Source: Felis catus (lineage: Eukaryota). Taken from it: 64,000 bases of DNA. The position numbers were made by a program, and so were the translations under genes. Positions 49,116 to 63,272 of the stretch are shown piece after piece (the stretch's first letter is position 1; every line of letters begins with the position of its first letter). The notes beneath the pieces were generated by a model. The model was not told the origin of the DNA and made no database searches. It worked only from the letters and a program-made list of their open reading frames with translations. The stretch lies in the NCBI RefSeq assembly GCF_018350175.1, contig NC_058373.1:113338001-113402000 (forward strand). Direction: 5' to 3'.

Positions 49116-50302
49116 GAACCTGGATTTTAACCCCAAATTCCTGAAAGGGTTTGATGAAGCTAGAGGATAAGGATATGGAGAGAGAGGGACACTACTTCTA
49201 AAAAATAAGGTTTTGTTTTGTTTTTAAAGAAAAGCTATAGATTAAGAGAGAAGCAGTTGTTAAATTGCTCGGCAGCCTGGACCAACATTTGACCAGCCCA
49301 CTTTGGGTCCTGACTGGAAACCTGTCCAGTCCATGCATGCCCTGCCCAAGGAACCAAATCCAGCCACTATGCTTGTTTGTTTGCTTTCTCTTTCTCTCAT
49401 TTAATTAATTTTTATTATTTCAGCTTTTATTAATAAAACTAAACTCAAGGCAACTGCTTGGTTCTTGCATTTGATCTGACCATATACCAGACAAGTGGTT
49501 CTTTATGAGGACTTAGGGGAGAAATGTCAATATACAGACAGGTTCCATCAAAACTGGGATGTTGCAATATCTAATAAAGTTAGGTAAATGAAATTAAAGA
49601 GAACATATTATATATTAAAAACCAGAAATCTCCCCCTCTAACATCAGGGGATTCCTTTAACAGTCTTCAACGTGTTTGTCAAGATCAATCATATTCACTA
49701 TGTTGTCTTTTAAAACAGCAGAAGGGAAATACAACCACTTCTGAGGTACATTTTTTGTGATAATAATTTTAACAAAGAAGAATAACTCATCTTAATGGCC
49801 AGCTTTTAAAATTTCATTTTAAAAGACCACCCAGGGAGGGGCAACCAGGTGGCTCAGTCGGTTAAGAACCCGACTTCAGCTCAGGTAATGATCTTGCGGT
49901 TCATGAGTTTGAGCCCCGCATTGGTCTCTGTGCTGACAGTTCAGAGCCTGGAGCCTGTTTTGGATCTGTGTCTCCCTCTCTGCTCCTCCCCAACTCGTGC
50001 TCTGTCTGTCTCTCTCTCAAAAATAAACAAACATTAAAAGACCACCCAGGTAAAGGTTTGAGAATGCCCTTACTACTCACATCAGGAATGTATTATATCA
50101 AATACTAATTTTAAGAGAGTAAGCTTTACCCATATGTGTTTGTCAAATCCTCTCATCACTCACCCCATCAACTGGCCTCACTTAGTAAGAAATAATCCAA
50201 ATCAAGATCAATACACAGGAACATTTAATCTGTGGTCGGGTAATAATTCTGGAAAAGACTAACTCCAGGTAGAAGAAATAAGGACTTGCTCCCTGTTCTT
50301 AC

Positions 50303-50361
50303 CGTTTCATTTGCTTCCTGTTGCTTTTCATCAAAATCTCTGATCAGTTTTTTCTTCTCTT
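50303..50361 (-). CDS. VTI1B: VTI1B exon 2
   Basis: ttttccag|(E)EKKKLIRDFDEKQQEANET|gtaaga. Confidence 0.95.
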
Positions 50362-50469
50362 CTGGAAAAGGTAAACAAGTTTCAAGAGTTCAGTCCTGCC
50401 TTCCGTATATTTGTAGAGGTCATTCTCTCTGCTTATAGTAAACTCCCCAACCCTCTCTCCTGATGGGGT

Positions 50470-50660
50470 AACAGTACTTAATCACCTCTAAAAAGCATTT
50501 AGACATGTACAGGAACTTGTTATCACAACAATGGGGGAGTGAAGGAAGTGGGTATTACGAATGGCATTTAGGGTCCAGGGAACAAAAATATCCATGCTTG
50601 GGACACTCCTGAATTATCTGGCCCCAAAGGTCAAGATTATTCTACTATGAAACACTATAG
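50470..50660. mobile_element. MER20-like hAT element
   Basis: tgttatcacaac...tggcatttagggtccaggg...aattatctggccccaaaggtcaa. Confidence 0.6.
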
Positions 50661-51129
50661 GTCTAAGTTAATTACTGTCAATCTATTTTTCCCAAGAGGG
50701 ATCAGGCACACCATCAACAAGAATGTTTAACAATACTGATGTTCTAAATTCTTGTTCCCACGTTCACCTCCACTGTGAAACATTTCTCTGTATTAACCCT
50801 CATCCACTGCTTTTCTGCAAAACAAATTCAAGACTCACTTATTCTGCTTGCTGGGGAGACTGCATAGTATGGTACATATTTCTCAGCCGTATCCATTGGC
50901 GGTGATATGTAAAATGATGCAAATACCACGGACTCACACAGTGAGAAAATCATTCCCTTTGCAATTCTCTTTCAATCCTTTGCATTATGTCATTTCAGTG
51001 CTAGTGTGTCTTTAATACCTAAAAATTACTAATCTCTTTTAACAAAAATAGAATAGGCTTCAGCTTCCAACCAGTAACATTTAACTAAAACAGCATTGTT
51101 TTGCCTGGACTGTATTTTTCAGATCATTT

Positions 51130-51933
51130 AGATAGGTCTCCAAGAGTTTCCACTTAACAGATCTATCATTCCATCACAAAACAGTGCAATATAAGGGCAC
51201 CTGGGTGGCTCACTCAGTTAAGCATCTGACTTCAGCTCAGGTCATGATCTCACAGTTTGAACCCTGCATTGGGTGAACTTGAGCCCCACTTCAGGTGAGC
51301 CCTGCTTCTCTCTCTCTCCCTCTCTCTCTGCCCTTCACTCATTTGCACCCCCTCTCAAAAAAACAAAAAAACAAAACCAGTGCACTACACATTCTTTTCA
51401 GGTGTACATGGAATATTTTTCAGGATGTTATTATTAGGCCACAAAATAAGTCTCAATAAATTTTTTAAAAAGACCAAAATTATATCATGCATCTTTTCCA
51501 TCCACAATGGTACAAAACCAGAAATCAACCACAGAATAAATTTGGAAAGAACATAAATATATAGAGAGGGTAAATAACATGCTACTGAACAATGAATGGG
51601 TCAACCAAGAAATCAAAGAGGATATCAAAAAATACTTGGAGACACCACTAGTGTTGGCAAGGATGTAGAGAAAAAGGAACCCTCATGTACTGTTGGTGGG
51701 AATGCAAACTGGTGCAGCCACTGTAGAAAATCATACAGAGTTTCCTCAAAAAGATAAAAATAGAACTCCCCTACAATCCAGTAAATCCACTACTGGGTAT
51801 TGGCCCAAAGAAAACAGAAGCACTAATTCAAACAGATCTATGCACCTGTATGTTTACTGTAGCATTATTTACACTAGCCAAGAAACATGGAAGCAACCCA
51901 AGTGTCCACCCACAGATGAATGGATAAGATGAT

Positions 51934-51985
<52 letters not shown>

Positions 51986-54900
51986 TGTTACTCAGCCACA
52001 AAAAAGAATGAGGGGCGCCTGGGTGGATCAGTTGGTTAAGCGTCCAACTTCAGCTCAGGTCATGATCTTGCGGTTTGTGGGTTCAAGCCCCACACTGGGC
52101 TATGTGCTGACAGCTCAGAGCCCGGAGCCTATTTCAGATTCTGTGTCTCCTTCTCTCTCTCTGCCCCTCCCCTTCTCCCGCTCACACGTGCACTCTCTTT
52201 TCTAAAATAAACATTAAAAAAAAAAAAAACGAATGAAATATTGCTTTTGCAATGACATAGATGGATCTAGACGGTATAATGCTAAGTGAAATAAGTCAGT
52301 TAGAGAAAGATAAATACCATACGATTTCACTCATATGTGGAATTTAAGAAACAAACAAAACAGAAAAAAAGAAACAAAAACAGATGCTAAATATAGAGAA
52401 CAACCTGGTGATTTCCAGAGGGGAGGCAGGAGGGGGATTAGGTAAAATAGATGAAGGAGATTATAAGAGTACACATCATGATGAGCACTGAGTAATGTAT
52501 ACAATTACTGAATCAGTATACTGTGCACCTGAAACTAATATAACACTGTATGTTAATTACACTGGGATTAAAAAAAAATACATGGAAACAAATAAAACTC
52601 AATAGTCTAAAACTGTTGGGATGCAGCAAAAGCTGTTCAAAGAGGGAAGTTTACAGCAATACAGACCTATCTCAACAAACAAGAAAATTCTCAAAGAAAT
52701 AACCTAATATTAGACCTAAAGGAGCCAGGAAAAGAACAAAGCCCAAAGCCAGTAGAAGAAAGGAAATAATAAAGATTAGCACAGAAATAAATTAAATACA
52801 GGCAAATAAAAGCAAAACCCCTAAAACAGCAGAGTGCCTTACACCTAAAGGAGCTAGAAAAAGAACAAACAAAACCTAAGGGAAATAATAAAGATTAGAG
52901 CAGAAATAAATGATAAAGAAACAAAAACCAAAAGAACTGATCAATGAAACTAGGAGCTCATTCTTTGAAAAAAAATCAATAAAACTGATAAACCTCTAGC
53001 CAGACTTATCAAGAGAAAAAAAGAGTACTCAAATAAATAAAATCACAAATGAGGAGATATAACAACACCACAGAAATACAATTATGAGAATATTATGAGA
53101 AACTACATGCTGGGGCACCTGGGTAGCTCAGTCGGTTGAGCATCTGACTCTTGATTTTGGCTCAGGTCATGATCACACAGTTGTGGGATCAAGCCCTGCA
53201 TCAGGCTCACTTCTGAGCGTGGACCCTGCTTGGGATTCTCTCTTTTCCTCTCTCTCTGCCCCTCCCCTGCTCGTATGCACATATGTGCATGCTCTCTCTC
53301 TTTCTCAAAAATAAAAAAAGGGGCACCTGGGTGGCTCAGTCAGTTAAGCATCCGACTTTGGCTCCGGTCATGATCTCGTGGTTTGTGGGTTCGAGCCCTC
53401 CATCGGGCTCTGTGCTGACAGCTCAGAGCCCAGAGCCTGCTTCAGATTCTGTGTCTCCTCTCTCTGCCCCTCCCCATTGGCGCTCTGTCTCTATCAAAAA
53501 TAAATAAACGTAAAAAAAAATTAAAAAAAAAACTATATGCCAACAAACTGGAAAACCCAGAATAAGTGGATAAAGTCTGAGAAACATAAATTACCAAAAC
53601 TGAAACAGGAAGACACAGAAAATTTGAACAGACTGATTACCAGAAAAGAAACTGAATCTGTAATCAATAAACTCTCAACAAAGTCCAAGATCAAATAGCT
53701 TCCCAGGTGAATTCTACCTAACATTTAAAGAACAGTTAATACCTATTCTTCTCAAACTATTCAAAAAAATAGAAAAGGAAGGAAAGCTTCCAAAATCCAT
53801 TCTATGAGGCCAGCATTAACCTAATATCAAAACCAGATAAAGACACGACAAAAAAAGAGAACTACAGGCCAGTATCTAGATATAACATAGATATTATGTT
53901 AACATATTTTAACATAGATATAAAAATACTCAACAAAATACTAGCAACCCAAATCCAACAATACATTAAAAAAGTCATTCACCACAGTCAAGAGGGTTTA
54001 TTCCAGGGATACAAGGATGATTCAATATTTGGAAATGAATCGTGATACATCACATCAATAAGAGAAAGAATAAAAACCATATGATCAACTTGGTAGATGC
54101 AGAAAAAGCATTTGACTAAGTACAACATTCATTCATGATAAACACTTTCAACAAAGTAGGTTTAGAGAGAACATACCTCAACATAATAAAGGCCATATGT
54201 GAAAAACCCACAGCTAACATCATACTCAATGGTGAAAAATTGAGAGCTTTTCCTCTAAGATTGGGAACAAGACAAAGATGCCCACTCTCACAATTTCTTT
54301 TAATGTTTTATTTTTGAGAGTGAAAGAAAGAGTGTGCGTGCATGTGGGAAGGACGGAGAGAAAAAGGGAAAGAAAGAATCCCAAGCAGTCTCCGTGCTGT
54401 CAGTGCAGAGCTCAAAGCAGGGCTTGTTCCCAAGAGCTGTGAGATCATGAACTGAACCAAAAGCAAGAGTAGGATGCTTAACCCACTGAGCCACCCAGGC
54501 ACCCCTATTTTCTTTCTTCTTCTTTTAGAGAGACTGTGCACACGAGCAGAGGAGAGAGGCAGAGGAATAGAGAGAATCTTTTTTTTTTTTTAATGTTTTT
54601 ATTTATTTTTGAGACACAGAGAGACAGAGCATGAATGGGGGAGGGTCAGAGAGAGAGGGAGACACAGAATCGGAAGCAGGCTCCAGGCTCTGAGCCATCA
54701 GCCCAGAGCCCGACACGGGGCTCGAACTCACGGACTGTGAGATCATGACCTGAGCTGAAGTCGGACGCCTAACTGACTGAGCCACCCAGGCGCCCCGAAT
54801 AGAGAGAATCTTAAACAGGCTACACGCTGAGCATGGAGCCTGATACGGGGCTTGGTCCCATAACCCTGGGATCATGACCAGAGCCAAAACCAAGAGTCGG

Positions 54901-57530
54901 ATGCTCAACCAACTGAGCCACCCAGGTGCCCCTCAGATGACATGATTCTACATACAGAAAACCCTAAAGACCCCACCAAAAAACTATCAGAATAAGTGAA
55001 TTCAGTAAAGTCATAACTTACAAAATTAATATACAGTGGGGCACCTGGGTGGCTCAGCCAGTTAAGTGCCTGACTTCAGCTCAGGTCGTGATCTCGCAGT
55101 CCGTGGGTTCGAGCCCCATTTTGGGCTCTGTGCTGACAGCTCGGAGCCTGAAGCCTGCTTTGGATTCTGTGTCTCCCTCTCTCTCTGCCCCTCCCCTGCT
55201 CATGCTCTGTCTCTGTCTCAAAAATAAATAAAAACATTTTTAAAAAATTTCAAAATTAATATACAGAAATCTGTTGCATTTCTATACACTAATGATGAAG
55301 TAGCAGAAAGAGAAATTAAGAAAACAATCCCATTCACAATCATACCAAAAATAACAAATCACGTAGGACTAAACTTAACCAATGAGATTAGCACCTGTAT
55401 TCTGAAACTATAAAACACTAATAAAAACAAATTGAATATGATGCAAATAAATGAAAATATATTCAATGCAATTCCTATCAAAACACCAACAGCATTTATC
55501 ATAGAACTTGAACAAATGATATTAAAATCTGTATGGAACTACTAAAGACCCTGAATAGCCAAAGCAATCTTGAAAAAGAACAAAGCTAGCGGTATCACAA
55601 TCCCAGACTTCAAGACATACTACAAAGCTGTTGTAATCAAATAGTATGATACTGGCACAAAAACAGACACATAGATCAATGGAACAGAACAGAGAACACA
55701 GAAATAAACCCACACTTATCTGATCAATTCATCTAAGACAAAGGAGGCAAGAATAAATAATGGGAAAAAGTCTCTTCAACAAATGGTGCTGGACAAACTG
55801 GACAGCTATATGTAAAAGATTGACACTGACCATTTCCTTAAATAAATGGATTTAAAGACCTAAATGTGAAACTTGGAACTGTAAAACTCCTAGAAGAAAA
55901 CATAAGCAGTAATTTCTTTTACATCAGCCACATAAATACTTTTCTAGATATGCTTCTTCAGGCAAGGGAAACAAAAACAAAATGAAATTACTGGGACTAC
56001 ACCAAAATAAAAAGCTTTGCACAGCGAAGTAAACCATCAACAAAACAAAAAGGCAACCTATTGAATGGGAAAAGATGTTTGGATATAGTATATCCAATAA
56101 GGGGATAATATCCAAACTAAACACAAGAAAACCCAAATAATCCAATTAAAAATGGGCAGAGGACCTGAACAATCATTTTTCCAAAGAAGACATACAAATG
56201 CCCAACAGACACATGAAAAGATTGTCAACATCACTGACCAGCAGGGAAATGCAAATCAAAACCACAATGAGAGATCACCTTACACTGTCAGAATGGCTAA
56301 AATAAAAAACACAAGAAATAACATGCGTTGGTGAGGATGTGGAGTAAAAAGAACACTCACGAACTGTTGTTGGGAATGTAAACTGGTGCAGCTACACCAA
56401 GGAAAACACTATGGAGGTTCCTCAAAAAATTAAAAATAGAATCACCATATGATATGATCCAGTAATTCCACTATGGGGTATTTACCCAAAGGAAACAAAA
56501 ACACTAATTTGAAAAGATATATGCACCTCTATGTTTACTGCAGCATTATTTAAGAAAACTAAGATATGGAAGCAACCCAAGTGTCCATCCACAGATAAAC
56601 GCATTAAGAAGACTTGGAGGGTGTGTGTGTGTGTGCGCATGCGTGTGTGTGTGGTGTGTATAAAATGGAATATTATTGGGGCCCTGGATGGCTCAGGCGA
56701 TTGAGCGTCTGACTTGGGCTCAGGTCATGATCTCACGGCTCATGAGTTCGAGACCCACGTCAGGCTCTGCGCTGACAGCTCGGAGCCTGGAGCCTGCTTC
56801 AGATTCTGTGTCTCCCTCTCTCTCTGCCCCTCCCCTGCTCATGCTCTGTCCCTCTCTCTCTCTCAAAAATAAATATTCAAAAAAAAATTTTTAAATAAAA
56901 AAATAAAATGGAATATTATTATTCGTCCATAAAAAAAAATGAGGTCTTACCATTTGCAACAAGATGGATAGATCTAGAGGGTATAATGTTAAGTGAAGTA
57001 AGTCAGAAAACAAAAGACAAATACCACACAATTTCACTCATTTTTTGCAATTTAAGAAACAAAACAAATGAACAAAATTAAAAAGAAACAAAAAAAGATT
57101 CTTTTTTTCTAAACGTTTATTTAGTTTGGGAGAGAGTATGTATGCGTGCACACAAGGCAGAGAGGGCAGAGGGCTCTCTGCCTCTCTGTGCTGTCAGTGC
57201 AGAGCCTGATGTGGGGCTTGATCCCACCAACTGTAAGTTCATGACCTGAGCTGAAATCAAGAGTCAGACACTTAACCAACTGAGCCAGTCAGGTGCCCTG
57301 AAAAAAAACAGATTCTTAAATACAGAGAACAAACTGATGGCTGCCAGAGGGGAAGTGGATGTGAGGATGGGTGAAATAGATAAAGGGGATTAAGAAGTAC
57401 GCTTCTCTTGATGAGCACTAAATAATGTATTAAACTGTTGAATCGTTATATTGTACTCTTGAAACTAACACCGTATAACACCGTATAACACCGTATGTTA
57501 ATTAAGTCAATATAAAAATAAATTTAAAAA
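51130..57530 (+). mobile_element. Large degenerate carnivore L1 (ORF2 from the endonuclease end through RT to the 3'UTR), with a nested L1 3' end (51645-52572) and about 10 SINEs
   Basis: ORF2 remnants DAEKAFD and [40 protein letters not shown]1 3'UTR; many stops and frameshifts. Confidence 0.92.
51935..51982. repeat. (CA)n microsatellite
   Basis: Read directly. Confidence 0.95.
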
Positions 57531-58339
57531 AATTAAGGTAAGTATTAATAGCTGGAGAATTGAAATTTACGTAAAATAAACAATCAAATACTTCAAACTA
57601 AAAAAAAAAGATTTTCGAGGCACCTGGGTGGCTCAGTCAATTTAGTATCCAACTTCGGCTCAGGTCGTGATCTCACGGCTCGTGAATTCAAGCCCCATGT
57701 TGGGCTCGGCTCGTGAATTCAAGCCCCATGTTGGGCTCTGTGCTGACAGCTCAGAGAGTGGAGCCTGGATTTTGTGTGTGTGTCTCTCTCTCTCTCTCTC
57801 TGTCCCTCCCCCATTCATGCTCTGTCTCTCTCTCTCAAAAACAAGTAAACATTAAATAAATAAATAGATTATTTAAATGGTAATATAAAATTTCCTTTTA
57901 AAATAACTTTATGTATTAAATGTATGTTATAAGAAATAAGTTGATATAAAAATGATTAAGTAACAGTAAAAATGGTACTTGGACTGGCATAATATCACCT
58001 GGTAAAACATTTGTGAAAGAGGGAACCACTGATAAGAAAAGGAGTTAGATTCTGGTCCTTTCCTTGGAGTTGACTCAACATCTAATATGGGTAATAATTC
58101 TTCATCTCTTTGGGACCAGACCTCCTTCCTTAGCTATAAAACAAGTAGGTAGCTTATCTCTTCATATGTAACAAGCAAAAATTATCCCTACTTATGAGCA
58201 GCTTGATTTCTGAAAATGTGTCCAAATGAATGTTCTCCCTGAAAATCTACACATAATCTACCTACTCCACAAAGTTACCACTGCTTACATTGTTTTTTTT
58301 GAGCTCATCTTTTGAAATTATCTTCACAATCTGGGGATA

Positions 58340-58900
58340 CAGTCTTTTTTTTTTTTTCAATTTTGGTAAAATTTACATAAAAGTTATCATTTTGACCTTT
58401 TTTAAAAAAAAATTTTTTTAGCTTAATGTTTATTTTGAGAGAGACAGCATGTGCACACGAGCCAGGGAAGGGCAGACAGACAGCAGGAGAGGGAGAATCC
58501 CAAGCAGGCTTTGCACTGTCAGCAAACTGTGAGATCATGACCTGAGCCAAAATCAAGAGTTGGGACACTTAACCAACTGAACCACCCAGTCACCCCTTGA
58601 CCTTTTATAAGTATACAGCTAAGGGGCAGTAAGTACATTCACATTGTTGTGCAATCATCACCACTACCCCATCTCCAGAACCTTTCCACTACCCCAAACT
58701 GAAACTCATACCCAATGAACACTAATTCTCCACCTCCTATCCCCCCAGACTCTGGTAACCACCATTTTACTTCTGTATCTGTGAATTTGACTAGGCTAGG
58801 TATCTCCTACAAAAGGAATCATAAAATATTTGTCCTTTTGTGCCCAGCTTATTTCACTTACCATAAGGTCCTCAAAGTTCATTCATGTTGCAGCATGTGT
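58340..58900 (-). mobile_element. L1MB-type 3' fragment split by a SINE
   Basis: aagtacattcacattgttgtgcaatcatcacc...ctctggtaaccaccattttacttctg. Confidence 0.8.
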
Positions 58901-61259
58901 ATGGGGACATGGTCTTTTAAAGTTATATTATTTTTCATTCACTGTGACTCCTAAATACAAGCCAGCACTTCATCGATTGAAGGAAGGACAATTTTTTCCA
59001 ATGCCAAAGAAAACAGCTGAGTTGGGCTTATGGAGGGATGGCATGTGGGTATTCAATATGCTATCCTCAGATTTTCTGGCGTTAATTTTCTTTACTCTGG
59101 TTTTCATCCTAAGCCTTCACATTCGAACCCAATCCCATGTAAAATATAATGCCACAGTAATGCCTTATATGGATTTACATTTTGTTAATCACAATAGCAT
59201 CTAGCATGTCAGTCGTCTGCTGCTTTTTAAGTGATCATAAACCATTCTGGATGTGTACATTCTATATTCTCAATTGGAAATCCAGTTCCTCCAGAACAGG
59301 GAAATTTACTTTTTCTTTTTAAGCCCCATAGCTTCTAAAACTGTAAACCTAGTAGTGTGCTCCTTAGATGTTACTACTACCTACAAGAGTAAATGACAAT
59401 GCACCTTTTACTATGCCTCCTTTACGTTGACATTCCCTTAATATATACAAGATACTCCAGGTGAACCATTTCTGACTCTACACTGCTCACAAATGAGGCT
59501 TTGTTGCTGTTTTAAACAGTAAGAAGTTCAGCCATGGTAAATGGTCTGCACCTTGACCATCCACGATGTAACTGAAGTAAGCACAAAAGCAGCTGTCACT
59601 ATCCCTGAATAGGCTATGTTTTCAGCCACCAGCAGTGAAATATTATCTGCAATCAAGAATGGCTACTTCCATGGAGAAATATCATATTACTTTGTAATAA
59701 GCTGTTGCTTAGTGTCACCACTCCTCTGAATAGGCACATCTCCAAACTTGAGCACACTCACTTCTGATCCAAGGCACACAGTATGAAGAAATATTCCACA
59801 TATAAGTGCATTCCCCCTTCCTAGCTCTGATTTTTCTACAACTGTTAGTCATAAAGTTTCCTCCTTTATTAAAGATATGAAAATCTGCATCTTTAAAAAA
59901 ATTTTTTAATGTTTATTTATTTTTGAGAGAGAGAGAGAGCAAGACAGAGCACGAGTGGGGGAAGGGTGGAGAGACAGAGACACTGAATCTGAAGCAGACC
60001 TCAGGCTCTGAGCTGAAGTCAGCACAGAGCCAGATGCAGGGCTTGAACCAGTGAACCATGAGATCATGACCTGAGCTGAAGTCAGACGCTTAACCAACAG
60101 AGCCACCCAGGCCCCCTGAAAATCTGCATTTTTAAGAGGCAAACTCTAGAATGATTCAAAGAAAGTGGTTACATAAATAAGAGTAGGAGGCAAAGAGGTA
60201 GCTCACAGAATACTGATCCTTTCACTAACTTCTTTCTCTTCATGATTCTGTTATGCTCCGTCTTTTTGGAATTGGGATACTCCCACTCTTTACCTAAAAT
60301 CATGACATACTTTCTCCTAGGAGTTCTCTACAGCTTATATACTTTTAAAAGAAATACGCTCTTTTTGAAAACAATTTTAAGACTTTCACATTGTGAGATC
60401 CTTTATGGAATCCTAAGGTTAAAAAAAAAAAAAAAAGCCTTTGAAATTCTCCCTTCTGATGATGAAGCCAAGGAGGGAGATATTTAAAGGTTCAAAAGAG
60501 GCTGAACCCAACTGAGAGGTATCAGTAGGTGCTTCTGTATGCTTTAGTCTCAGAATTGTGAAACCAATGAATGTTAGAGTGTAAATGGACCTCAGAGATC
60601 ATCTAGTCTAACCTTCTCATTTTACAGTTGAGGAAACTAGAGCCTGCAGAAACTGCCTTCCCCAAGGTCATAAGAGGAGCAAATGTGTGGCAACACTAGT
60701 TCTAGAATGCAAGTCTCCTGACTCCCTATCCAAGGCTTTTGTACATTATAGCACTGAGGGGCATTTTTATGCTCCCTGGGTATAGACTTCAGCAACAGGT
60801 AAAACTTGTTGAGACTTAATTTTTTAGGGAATTAGAGTTAACACTACAATTAACTACAAAATTGCAGGACGGCATACTAGGTAAAATGGGCACCAAAACC
60901 AAGAGTGAGCCATTCCAAACACTATCCCCCACCCCACATGCCTTCCCAAACCAGTCACATGTAAGTGACTGGTAAACTGGGTGGATGACACACCACAAAA
61001 GAGCCAGCTCTGAAAGACTAAAGAAAGTGTACCTCAATGTTCAACTAAGGCGACAGCCTGTCTTCCTTATAGGTGGTTTGATTTACCAACCCAAGAAAGA
61101 CTACCTTGACCCATTAAAGCTGTGGAAATAACTTGTTTCACCAGGATCAGGTGGCGAATTTGCTTTTGGTGCCCCACCGTGGCATGTCTAGGAACTACAC
61201 CCTCTTTTTGTAGCCTATGATAGTTTATCTGATCTCACACCATATAGGAGGTAAAAGTA

Positions 61260-63241
61260 CAGGCATGCCTTGGATATATTGCAGGTTTGGTTCCAGACCA
61301 CCACAATGAAGAATGCAATAAAGCAAGTCAAATGAATTTTTGGTTTCTCTGTGCATATAAAAGTTATGCTCACATTATACTGTAGTCTATTAAAGTGTAT
61401 GATAGCATTATGTCTAAAAAGTGTACACAATTTAAAAATACTGAAAGTAAATGTTTTACTGTGAAAAATGCTAACTATCATCTGAAGTTGAGTGAGTCAT
61501 AATCTTTTTGCTGGTAGAGGGTCTCGTCTTGATGTTGATAGCTGCTGACTGATCAGGGTGGTGGTTGCTGAAGGTTACGGTGGCTGTGGCAATTTCTTAA
61601 CATAACACAACAATGAAGTTTGCTGCATTGATGGAATTTTCCTTTCATGAACAATTTCTCTGTAGCATGAAAACTGTTTGATAGCATTTTATTCAGAATT
61701 TATTTAAAAACTGAAGTCAATCCTCTCAAATCCTGAACTGCTTTATCAACTAAGTTTATGTAATATTCTAAATCCTTTGTTGTCATTTCAACAATCTTCA
61801 CAGCATCCTCACCAGCAGTAGCTTCCATCTCAAGAAACCACTTTCTTTGTTCATCCATAAGAAGCAACTCCTCATCAAAGTTTTTATCCTGAGATTACAA
61901 CAATTCAGTCACATCTTCAGGCTCCACTTTTAATTCTAGTTCTCTTGCTATTTCTACTACATCTGCAGTGATTTCCTCCACTGAAGTCTTGAAGCCCTCA
62001 AAGTCATCCATGAGGGCTGGAATCAATTTCTTCAAAACTCCCATGAAAGTCATTATTTTGACCTCTTCCTTGAATTATCAATGTTTTTAATGGCATCCAG
62101 AATGGTGAAACCTTTCCAGAAGGTTTTCAATTTACTATACCCAGAACTGTCAGAGGAATCATTACCTTTGGCAGCTAGAGCCTTATGGAATGTATTTCTT
62201 TTCTTTTCTTTTCTTTTCTTTTCTTTTCTTTTCTTTTCTTTTCTTTTCTTTTCTTTTCTTTCTTTCCTTTCCTTTTCTTTTCTTTTCTTTTTTTTTGAAT
62301 GTATTTCTTAAATAATAAGACTTAAAAGTCAAAATTACTCCTTGATCCATGGACTGCAGAATAGATATTGTGTTAGTAGGCATGAAACTTATTGTACATC
62401 TCCATGAGAGAGCACCTGGCTGACCACATACACCATCAATGAGCAGTAGTATTTTGAGAGGATTCCTTTTTTTGGAGCAGTAGGTCTCAACAGTGGGCTT
62501 AAAATATTCAATAAACCATGCTGTAAACAGATGTACTGTTACCTAGGCTTTGTTGGTCCATTTATAGAGCATAAGCAGAGTAGATTTAGCATAATTCTTA
62601 AGGGCCCCAGGATTATTGGAATGGTCTAGGAGCACTGGCTTCAACGCAAAGTCACAAGCTGCATTAGCTCCTAATAAGAGAGTCAGCCTGTGCTTTGAGG
62701 CTTTGAAGCCAGGCATTGACTTCTCTCTAGTTAAGAAAATCCTAGATGGCTGTTTCGTCTACATCAAAAATCTGTTGTTTAGTGCAGTCTCCTTCGTTAC
62801 TTATTTTTGCTACATCTTCTGGATAACCTGCTGCAGCTTTTCCATCAGCACTTGGGGATTCCTCCACCTTGCACTTTTATGTTAGGGAGATGGCTTCTTT
62901 CCTTAAACCTCATGAACCAACCTCTGCTAGCTTCAAACTTTTCTTCTGAAGCAGCTTCCTCATCTCTCCCAGCTTTGAATTGAAGAGTTAGGGCCTTACT
63001 CTGGATTAGGCTTTGGCTTAAGATAACATTGTGGCTAGTTTATGGGGCGCCTGGGTGGCTCAGTCAGTTGAGCATCCAACTTCGGCTCAGGTCACCATCT
63101 CACGTTCAAGCCCCGCATCGGGCTCTGTGCTGACAGCTCGGAGCCTGGATCCTGCTTTGGATTCTGTGTCTCCCTCTCTCTCTGCCCCTAACCCACTCGC
63201 ATTCTGTCTCCATGTCTCTCAAAAATAAATAAACATTAAAA

Positions 63242-63272
<31 letters not shown>

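Larger units (their letters stand above)
42062..50361 (-). other. VTI1B: VTI1B gene, 3' part (coding exons 2-6; exon 1 outside the window)
   Basis: Five exons (59+192+174+62+97 nt) splice in frame into Habc, SNARE and transmembrane segments matching VTI1B. Confidence 0.97.

Noticed and set aside
54135..54317. Reverse-transcriptase-like ORF
   Set aside because: Fragment of dead L1 ORF2, interrupted by SINEs and stops
58830..59830. 124-aa ORF and unique-looking sequence, considered as VTI1B exon 1 or a second pseudogene
   Set aside because: The ORF starts in L1 sequence, there is no CpG island and no match to the VTI1B N-terminus or any protein I recognise
62081..62383. Lys/Arg-rich and Phe/Ser-rich ORFs
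   Set aside because: (TTTTC)n microsatellite fused to a Tigger1 transposase remnant
1616..63228. Large family of similar 60-100 aa ORFs (AQSVKRPTSAQVMISRSVSSSPASGSVLTAQSLEPASDSVSPSLSAPPP)
   Set aside because: These are translations of CanSINE copies, mostly with GTG starts; not a gene family, repeat protein or CRISPR-like array
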